64,000 bases of DNA. Origin: Trueperaceae bacterium. GTDB lineage: Bacteria > Deinococcota > Deinococci > Deinococcales > Trueperaceae. The stretch spans positions 1,440,001-1,504,000 of the forward strand of contig OZ243913.1 in NCBI GenBank assembly GCA_965213705.1. Direction: 5' to 3'. How positions within the stretch are numbered: the first letter of the stretch is position 1; each line of letters starts with the position of its first letter. The notes under the pieces were generated by a model that worked only from the letters and a program-made list of their open reading frames with translations, did no database searches and was not told the DNA's origin. Shown here in pieces: positions 56,829-64,000 of this stretch. The position numbers and the translations under genes are program-made.

Positions 56829-57134
56829 CGTCACCGGTCGGAACCCCAACCTGCAGACCCCCAAGGCTTGAAACCTCCTTTCGGAAAATTTTGTTATCTT
56901 TATAACAGTAAAACATCGTACGCGTCCAGATTATCGGTTCGGCCGCCGGGTACCTTGTGGAAAGCGTCACAGCGGGCTCGGCGTTCGGCGCAGGTTTGTT
57001 TCTCGGGTTTCACGTTCTCCTGACGATTTGGGAGTTTGCGAGCTACCCGAGTTTCGCCATCCCCGGTTCGTCTCTCACTTCATCTGTAGTAGAGAGGTAA
57101 GGTGAGGCGTCGTTTTGAAGACCCGGGATGGCCT

Positions 57135-57164
57135 TTGACAGCCGTTCTGAAACCGTTTTACAAT
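57135..57164 (+). promoter_or_regulatory. Sigma70-type promoter with overlapping LacI-family operator
   Basis: TTGACA-18-TACAAT; TGAAACCGTTTTACA at 57148-57162. Confidence 0.65.
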
Positions 57165-57376
57165 CGCGTCACTGCCGAGTTGAATACAGTGGCGTTGCAA
57201 CGGCGTCCGGTTGGGTCATGATGACGGGGGTCGCTATGACGTGCGTAAACGGTTCGTTCGGTAGACGTTTGACAAGAGGCGGTGCCGAAGTGACGCCCCG
57301 ACGTTCGCCCCGGTAAAGGAGGTTGTAAAAGGCAGTCAAGGTGTAGCAAGCTCGAGGGTTGCAGAAACGCTTCAGG

Positions 57377-57415
57377 ACTCAACTAAGGGATTCAACCAAG
57401 GGACTTGACCAAGGG
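57377..57415. repeat. Three ~12-bp tandem repeats ending at the RBS
   Basis: GACTCAACTAAGG ATTCAACCAAGG ACTTGACCAAGG. Confidence 0.7.
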
Positions 57416-57425
57416 AGGACCACTC

Positions 57426-58880
57426 ATGAAAAACCTGCTGACTATTTTAGTCGCCGCGCTGCTTGCCGGAACTGCGGCGGCGCAGTTTGAAGGCGTCGAG
57501 GCCGACATCGTCACCTTTACCGGCCCGCAAATCGCCGAGCCGCTGCAACGCCGCGCGCCCGAGTTCGAGGCCATGACCGGCGCGAAAATCAACGTCATCA
57601 CCGTACCTTTTCCCGACCTTTACCAACAAATTCTCACCGACGTTTCGACCGGCAGCAACAGCTACGACGGCTTTGTCTTTGCGCCGCAGTGGATGGTGGA
57701 CTACATCGTCCCCGGTTACCTGGAAGACTTGAGCGAGCGCATCGACAACGACGCCGACATCCAGTGGAACGACGTGGGCGCGTTCTTCCGCGACTTTTCC
57801 TCGACTTATCAGGGTTCGACCTACACCATCCCGCTCGACGGCGACTTTCAGATGGTCTACTACCGCACCGACGTGTTGGGCGAACTCGGTATGGAGCCGC
57901 CCCAAACTTGGGACGATTATTTGGCAATCGCCGAGGCCGCCAACGGCATGGACATGAACGGCGACGGTGAAGGCGACTACGGCAGTTGCATCGGCAAGGC
58001 GCGCAACAACCAGGGTTACTGGTTCATCACCTCCATCGCCGCGCCGATGTTGCAGACGCAGGGCACCTCACAGGGCGCATTTTTCGACAACGAAACTCTG
58101 GAGCCGCTGGTCAACAACGCCGCTTTTGAAAGGGCGCTCGAGATTTACAAAGCCACCAACCAGTACGGCCCGCCCGACGAGTTGAACTTGGGCGTCGGCG
58201 ACACGCGCGGCCTGTGGACCGCCGGACGCTGCGCGCTGACCCTCGACTGGGGCGACATCGGCACGCTCGCCATCGAAGAAGGCTCGCAGGTCGCCGACAC
58301 CACGGGCGCGGTTATAAATCCCGGCTCGAGGATGGTCTTGGACCGCGCCACGGGCGAACTCGTCGAATGTACCGAAGACCTTTGCCCCTACGCTGTGGAC
58401 GGCGTCAACTACGCGCCCTTCGCCGCTTTCGGCGGCTGGTCGGGCGGCGTCAACGCTGCTGCCGACCCGCAGGTCAAAGACGCCCTCTACGCCTTTTTCA
58501 GCTACCTGAATCAACCCGCGCAGTCCAACGTGGACGTGACGAGGGGCATCACGGGCTTCAACCCCTACCGCACCTCGCAGTTCGAGAGCACGGACGCCTG
58601 GCTAGAGGCGGGCATGAGCGAAGAGTTCGCCCAAAACTACCTAGGCGCGATAGAGCAAAGCCTGAACAGCCCCAACATGGTGCTCGACCTGCGCATCCCC
58701 TTCAACCAGCGCTACCAACAAAACGTGCTCGACACGGCACTGGCGCAGTACTTGGCCGGTGAAATCGACGTGGAAGAAACGATGGAGCAGGTCTACGACG
58801 GCTGGCAAGAAATCACCGACGAACTCGGACGCGACACCCAAACCGCCGCTTACAACGGCACCCTGGGCGTAGAACGCTGA
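57426..58880 (+). CDS. Carbohydrate ABC transporter solute-binding protein
   Basis: Signal peptide, IPLDGD..MVYYR.D, PPQTWDDY; upstream of two CUT1 permeases. Confidence 0.88.
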   Translation: MKNLLTILVAALLAGTAAAQFEGVEADIVTFTGPQIAEPLQRRAPEFEAMTGAKINVITVPFPDLYQQILTDVSTGSNSYDGFVFAPQWMVDYIVPGYLEDLSERIDNDADIQWNDVGAFFRDFSSTYQGSTYTIPLDGDFQMVYYRTDVLGELGMEPPQTWDDYLAIAEAANGMDMNGDGEGDYGSCIGKARNNQGYWFITSIAAPMLQTQGTSQGAFFDNETLEPLVNNAAFERALEIYKATNQYGPPDELNLGVGDTRGLWTAGRCALTLDWGDIGTLAIEEGSQVADTTGAVINPGSRMVLDRATGELVECTEDLCPYAVDGVNYAPFAAFGGWSGGVNAAADPQVKDALYAFFSYLNQPAQSNVDVTRGITGFNPYRTSQFESTDAWLEAGMSEEFAQNYLGAIEQSLNSPNMVLDLRIPFNQRYQQNVLDTALAQYLAGEIDVEETMEQVYDGWQEITDELGRDTQTAAYNGTLGVER

Positions 58881-58894
58881 GGGCGAGACGTGCC

Positions 58895-58929
58895 GAGGGC
58901 TCGAGTAAGCTCGAGCCCTCTCTTTTTCT
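58895..58929 (+). terminator. Hairpin + T-tract after the SBP gene, built from two CTCGAG
   Basis: GAGGGCTCGAG-TAAG-CTCGAGCCCTC-TCTTTTT. Confidence 0.75.
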
Positions 58930-58949
58930 AACCAACAGAGAGTATTCGA

Positions 58950-60095
58950 ATGGACAAACCCGTTCCCGACTCGAGGCAGACGACCGCCGACAAAATAAGC
59001 GGCAACCGTTTTACGGACTGGCTGAACCGCAGCGCGGGCAACGTGTTCGTCTTGCCGTCGGTCGTCATCGTTTTGCTGCTGTCTATTTTCCCGCTCATCG
59101 TTTCGGCCTACCTCGCCCTGACCCGTGTCAAGTTCGTGCCGGGCGGCTTCGACATCACCTTTGTGGGGCTTAAAAATTTCGACAAGCTCATCAACGGCAG
59201 CGAGAAGCGGCACTTCCGGGGAGACTTAGAAGCCCTCGCGCCGTACCAGTGGGTCGTCGTCGCAGTCGCCCTTCTGCTGCTCGCTTACGCGCTGTGGCGC
59301 TACTTGCGGAGTGGCAACGCCAAACCGGGCGGCGTCGTCTACCGCATCATTACCTTCAGCATCCTCGGTTGGGGCGTTTATTTCGTGATGCAAAACTTGA
59401 GCCCCGAGGGTCGGCCCGGCACTGTCGTCGTGACCCTCATTTACGTGTTCGTGGGGCTGTTTTTGCAATATTTTATCGGGCTGGGATTAGCGCTCCTGAC
59501 CACGCAGAATTTGCCCGGCAAGCGCTTGTTCCGGGTCATTTTTCTACTCCCGATGATGATTACGCCGGTGGGCATCGGCTACACCTTCCGCATGATGACG
59601 GACACGGGCAAGGGGCCGTTTCAACCCCTGTGGGCGCTGCTGGGGCTGCAAAACTTTTCCTGGGTCACCGACCCCTGGGGGGCGCGCTGGGCGGTCATCA
59701 TCACCGACACCTGGCAGTGGACGCCGTTTGTGTTTATCATCCTGCTGGCCGCCATCGAAGGCTTGCCGAACGAACTTTTCGAGGCGGCGCACGTCGACGG
59801 CGCGAGCAAGTGGCAAATTTTCTGGAACATCACCTTGCCGCAAATTATCCCGGTCAGCGCCACGGTGATTTTGATTCGGATGATTGAAGCTTTTAAGATT
59901 GTCGACTTGCCGAACATCCTCACCTTCGGCGGGCCGGGCACGGCGACGGAGTCGTTGACGCTGCACTCGTTTTTCGCCTGGCGCACGCTCGATGTGGGCG
60001 CGTCGGCGGCGGTTGCTTACATGCTGATGTTTTTGTCGCTGTTTGTGTGCATCACCTATGTGAACCTGGTTTATCAGAAGCTGGTGAGGTCGTGA
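58950..60095 (+). CDS. Carbohydrate ABC transporter permease (MalF-like)
   Basis: FVGL.NF, WQWTPF, EAAHVDGA EAA motif. Confidence 0.9.
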   Translation: MDKPVPDSRQTTADKISGNRFTDWLNRSAGNVFVLPSVVIVLLLSIFPLIVSAYLALTRVKFVPGGFDITFVGLKNFDKLINGSEKRHFRGDLEALAPYQWVVVAVALLLLAYALWRYLRSGNAKPGGVVYRIITFSILGWGVYFVMQNLSPEGRPGTVVVTLIYVFVGLFLQYFIGLGLALLTTQNLPGKRLFRVIFLLPMMITPVGIGYTFRMMTDTGKGPFQPLWALLGLQNFSWVTDPWGARWAVIITDTWQWTPFVFIILLAAIEGLPNELFEAAHVDGASKWQIFWNITLPQIIPVSATVILIRMIEAFKIVDLPNILTFGGPGTATESLTLHSFFAWRTLDVGASAAVAYMLMFLSLFVCITYVNLVYQKLVRS

Positions 60096-60114
60096 CGCTC
60101 GAGCGTGCGCGAAG

Positions 60115-60154
60115 ACCCCTCCGCCCTTCGGGCACCTCCCCTGAAAGGGGAGGG
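60115..60154. repeat. REP-like palindrome CCCCTCCGCCCTTCGGGCACCTCCCC..GGGGAGG
   Basis: Double hairpin between the permease genes. Confidence 0.55.
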
Positions 60155-60194
60155 AGAGGCGTGGGGGCGAAGGTGGCTAGGTTCAGGGGCGATT

Positions 60195-61211
60195 ATGTTT
60201 AAGAGTAGAGGCCTCAACCGTCCTTCCGTCGCGGGCGCGATTCTCTCTTACGCGGTGTTGCTGTTTTGGGCCTTCGTCGTGCTGTTTCCGCTGTACTGGC
60301 TGGTGGTAACTTCGTTCAAGCTGCCGTTTCAGGTGAACGAGGGGCCGTTTTATGTTCCCTTTGTGGACTATCAACCTTCCGGGCACGCCTGGCGTTACGT
60401 GTTCGTGGACGTGTTCAGCGACATGGTGCGGCCTTATATAAACACGGTGGTGGTGGCGCTGGCGAGTTCGGTGCTGGCGCTGGTGTTCGGGGGTACGGCG
60501 GCGTACGGCCTGACGCGGTTTCGGTACCGGCCGCGCTTGGTGCTGGTTTTTTTGTTCATCGGACTGGTGGCGCTGGTGATGGTGGGCTCGGGGTTCGGTG
60601 CGCCGCTTCTCTTACTCCTCGCCGTCGCCGCCGCCATCTTTTTTCTGGCGCTCAGACCGCTTGCAAAACGCTTTCCAGCTTCGGCGGGCAACAACGACAT
60701 CGCTTTCTGGCTCATCTCGCAGCGCATTTTGCCGCCCGTGGCCGTGGTCATTCCCATTTACATCATGTTTCAGCAGGTGGGCTTGCTCGACACGAGAGCG
60801 GCCCTCATCATCACCTACATGGCGGTGAACTTGCCCATTGTCGTGTGGCTGATGCGGGACTACTTCGTGAGCATTCCCTTGGAGCTGGAGGAGTCCGCCC
60901 GAGTTGACGGCGCTTCGCCCTACCGCGTGTTCTGGTCCATCGTTTTGCCCCTCGCCACGCCGGGACTCGTCGCTACTTTCTTGTTCGTGCTGGTGTTCGC
61001 CTGGAACGAGTACCTGTTGTCGCTCTTTTTGTCCAAGGCCGACGCGCAAACGATGCCGCTGCTGGTTGCCGCACAAAACGCGACGCGCGGGCCGCAGTGG
61101 TGGTACATGAGCGTGTACATCCTCATCATGATTATTCCGGTGATTATCTTGGCGATTGTTTTGGAGCGTTACATCTCGCGCGGCTTGCTGGTCGGCGCGG
61201 TGAAGGGGTGA
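60195..61211 (+). CDS. Carbohydrate ABC transporter permease (MalG-like)
   Basis: IPLELEESARVDGA, FAWNEY. Confidence 0.9.
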   Translation: MFKSRGLNRPSVAGAILSYAVLLFWAFVVLFPLYWLVVTSFKLPFQVNEGPFYVPFVDYQPSGHAWRYVFVDVFSDMVRPYINTVVVALASSVLALVFGGTAAYGLTRFRYRPRLVLVFLFIGLVALVMVGSGFGAPLLLLLAVAAAIFFLALRPLAKRFPASAGNNDIAFWLISQRILPPVAVVIPIYIMFQQVGLLDTRAALIITYMAVNLPIVVWLMRDYFVSIPLELEESARVDGASPYRVFWSIVLPLATPGLVATFLFVLVFAWNEYLLSLFLSKADAQTMPLLVAAQNATRGPQWWYMSVYILIMIIPVIILAIVLERYISRGLLVGAVKG

Positions 61212-62314
61212 GGGTGAAGGAAACCGTCGTTCATCTCCGGCCGGAAATCTTCGGGGAGCGGGAGCGCGTGTTGCTCGAGCACCCTTCCTTCACCGCCTCG
61301 ACCTTTCGCTATGACAGCGGCGTGGCGGCGCTGCGGCTCGAGAATGAATCCGGCGACATCGTCATGCTGCCGTTTCAAGGCCAGCAAATCTGGTCGGCAC
61401 GTTTCGGCGGGCGCGAGTTGACAATGAAGAGCATGTTCGAGGAGCCGAGGGAGACGGGTGACTATCTGCAGACCTACGGCGGCTTCCTCATCCACTGCGG
61501 CGTCACGGCGATGGGCGTGCCGGGCGCGGGCGACACGCATCCCTTGCACGGCGAGTTGCCTAACGCGCCCTACGGGCAAGCTTACCTGTTTCTCGGTACG
61601 GACGAGCGCGGGGCGTATTTGGGCCTCGGCGGGCGTTACCGGCACACGGCCGCCTTCAGCAGCAACTATGTGGCTGAGCCTCGAGTCAAACTCTACGCGA
61701 ACAGCAGTCTCATCTCGGCCTCCCTCAGCGTCACCAACTTCAAATCCACGCCGATGGAACTGATGTATTTGGCGCACATCAACTTTCGGCCGGTTGACAA
61801 TGGGCGGCTCGTCTACAGCGCCAAAACCGACCCCGAGCACGTGCGCGTCAGAAAAAGTATTCCCTCGCACGTGACGCCCGCACCGGGCTACGCCGAGTTT
61901 TTAGAAGAATTGTCGCAACATCCTGAAAAACATCACGTCTTAACACCCGGCCTCGCCTTCGACCCCGAGGTGGTGTTTTTCATCGACTATTCGACCGACG
62001 AAGACGGCTGGGCTCACACCCTGCAGCTTCACCCGGACGGCGCGGCCGACTACGTGCGCCACCGGCGCGAACAGTTGGACACGGGCGTGCGCTGGATTTG
62101 TAGAACGCCCGACCAGGACGCGCTCGGCATGATAGACCCGGCCACCGCCGAGCCGGAGGGCTACAGCGCCGAAAAGGCCAAGGGCAATCTGAAAACAGTG
62201 CCGCCCGGAGGCGTTTGGCGTTGCGAGTACGACATGGGCGCGCTGAGTGCGCTCGAGGCCGAAAAAATAACCCAGCACATCGAGCACATCACCGAAGGAG
62301 AAACCCGTGGCTGA
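61208..62314 (+). CDS. DUF4432 / aldose epimerase (mutarotase)-like protein
   Basis: [38 protein letters not shown]. Confidence 0.8.
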   Translation: MRVKETVVHLRPEIFGERERVLLEHPSFTASTFRYDSGVAALRLENESGDIVMLPFQGQQIWSARFGGRELTMKSMFEEPRETGDYLQTYGGFLIHCGVTAMGVPGAGDTHPLHGELPNAPYGQAYLFLGTDERGAYLGLGGRYRHTAAFSSNYVAEPRVKLYANSSLISASLSVTNFKSTPMELMYLAHINFRPVDNGRLVYSAKTDPEHVRVRKSIPSHVTPAPGYAEFLEELSQHPEKHHVLTPGLAFDPEVVFFIDYSTDEDGWAHTLQLHPDGAADYVRHRREQLDTGVRWICRTPDQDALGMIDPATAEPEGYSAEKAKGNLKTVPPGGVWRCEYDMGALSALEAEKITQHIEHITEGETRG

Positions 62315-64000
62315 CTTCGAAACCCAAACGCCCCGCAACCGCCTTATCGGCAACTCCCCCAAAGTCGGCATCCGCCCGGCCATCGACGGGCGTTTGGGCG
62401 GCGTGCGGGAATCGTTGGAGGCTCAGACGATGGCCTTGGCCGAGGCCGTCGCCGACCTCATCACCCAAAACCTGCAGCACGCCGACGGCCTGGGGGTCGA
62501 GTGCGTCGTCGCCGACAGCGCCATCGGCGGGGTGGCAGAGGCGGCACGTTGCGCCGAGAAGTTCGCCCGCGCGGGCGTCGGCGTGTCCATCACCGTGACG
62601 CCCTGCTGGTGCTACGGCTCGGAGACGATGGACATGAGTCCGCTGCTGCCCAAAGCGGTGTGGGGCTTCAACGGCACCGAACGCCCCGGCGCGGTCTACT
62701 TAGCGGCGGTGATGGCGGCGCACGCGCAAAAGGGGCTCCCGGCCTTCAGCATCTACGGGCGCGAGGTGCAGGACGCGGGCGACACGAGCATCCCCGACGA
62801 CGTACAGCAAAAACTGTTGCAGTTCACCAAGGCCGCGCTGGCGGTGGCGACGCTGCGCGGCAAAAGTTACCTGTCGGTGGGCGGCGTGTCGATGGGAATT
62901 ATGGGCTCGCTGGTAGACCCCGACTTTTTCGAGGCTTACTTGGGGATGCGTGTCGAAACCGTCGACATGAGCGAGGTGGCGCGGCGCGTGGAGCAAGGCA
63001 TCTTCGACCCGGAGGAGTTCAAACGGGCGCTCGAGTGGACGACCCAAAACTGTCCCGAAGGCGAAGACTACAACCCGGCAGAGGGGCAGCAGAGCCGCGA
63101 AGAAAAAGACGAAACCTGGGCGACGAGCGTCAAAATGGCGCTCGTCATGCGCGACCTCATGGTCGGCAATCCCGCGCTCGCCAAGCTGAGCTACGGCGAA
63201 GAGGCGCTGGGCCACAACGCCATTGCCGCGGGTTTTCAGGGTCAGCGGCAGTGGACGGACTTTCGGCCCAACGGCGACTTTATGGAGGCGATTTTAACGA
63301 GTTCGTTCGATTGGAACGGCGTTCGCCAACCCTTTATGGTCGCGACCGAGAACGACGCCCTGAACGGCGTGACAATGCTGTTCGGGCACCTGCTCACGAA
63401 CAGCGCCCAAATTTTCGCCGACGTGCGCACCCACTGGAGCCCCGAGGCGGTGAAGCGCGTCACCGGGCACACCCTCACGGGCCGTGCCGAGGGCGGCTTG
63501 TTGCACCTCATCAACTCCGGCCCGGCGGCACTCGACGGCACCGGGCAGCAGGAACAGGGCGGCCGGCCCGCCATGAAACCTTTTTGGGACATCACGCCCG
63601 AGGAGGCGACACGCTGTTTGGAGGCGACGACCTGGCACGCCGGGATGCTCGAGTACTTCCGGGGCGGCGGCTGGTCGACGCGCTTCGTGACGAGGGGTGA
63701 CATGCCCGTCACCATGACGCGCCTCAACTTAGTCAAAGGCCTCGGCCCGGCGCTGCAAATTGCCGAGGGTTACACCGTCGGTCTTCCCGAAGAGGTTCAC
63801 GCGACACTAGACGAGCGCACCAACCCGACCTGGCCGACGACCTGGTTCGCACCCAACTTGACCGGCCGCGGCCCCTTCCGTGACGCCTACAGCGTGATGG
63901 CGGCCTGGGGTGCCAACCACGGCGCACTCGCTTACGGGCATATCGGCAGCGACTTGGTAACTCTGGCCTCGCTGCTGCGGATTCCGGTTTACATGCACAA
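62307..64000 (+). CDS. fucI: L-fucose (D-arabinose) isomerase, truncated by the window end; absent from the ORF track
   Basis: Manual translation from GTG 62307: [69 protein letters not shown]. Confidence 0.95.
   Translation, partial: MADFETQTPRNRLIGNSPKVGIRPAIDGRLGGVRESLEAQTMALAEAVADLITQNLQHADGLGVECVVADSAIGGVAEAARCAEKFARAGVGVSITVTPCWCYGSETMDMSPLLPKAVWGFNGTERPGAVYLAAVMAAHAQKGLPAFSIYGREVQDAGDTSIPDDVQQKLLQFTKAALAVATLRGKSYLSVGGVSMGIMGSLVDPDFFEAYLGMRVETVDMSEVARRVEQGIFDPEEFKRALEWTTQNCPEGEDYNPAEGQQSREEKDETWATSVKMALVMRDLMVGNPALAKLSYGEEALGHNAIAAGFQGQRQWTDFRPNGDFMEAILTSSFDWNGVRQPFMVATENDALNGVTMLFGHLLTNSAQIFADVRTHWSPEAVKRVTGHTLTGRAEGGLLHLINSGPAALDGTGQQEQGGRPAMKPFWDITPEEATRCLEATTWHAGMLEYFRGGGWSTRFVTRGDMPVTMTRLNLVKGLGPALQIAEGYTVGLPEEVHATLDERTNPTWPTTWFAPNLTGRGPFRDAYSVMAAWGANHGALAYGHIGSDLVTLASLLRIPVYMH

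Overview
GC-rich bacterial chromosomal window. Gene content (amylosucrase, Tat-exported ferritin-like desiccation protein, Wzz-like protein) and frequent TANNNT boxes just before start codons suggest Deinococcota, probably Truepera-like; this is an inference. The backbone is housekeeping: matAB-type malonate genes, purE/purK/sua5, aroH, acyl-CoA dehydrogenase, dusA, ispH, PBP1A, pdxT, fluC, ugd, amidase, ftsX-envC, glyA, DAHP synthase, tatAC, and an ABC sugar transporter plus fucI operon that runs off the right end. Small lower-GC cassettes, mostly toxin-antitoxin modules, and one decayed IS630 sit between these genes. The strongest unexplained signal is the palindrome CTCGAG. I counted about 127 copies by hand against roughly 20 expected. 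It occurs in all reading frames and in intergenic DNA, clusters at gene ends, and lies inside a 26-bp exact direct repeat bracketing an integrase-free TA cassette. This suggests a HIP1-like iterated palindrome that may anchor cassette exchange. Other leads are an orphan DarT-like protein, a candidate 6S-like RNA hairpin, a heptamer-period palindromic repeat family and an atypical class III cyclase. No tRNA, rRNA or CRISPR array was recognised.
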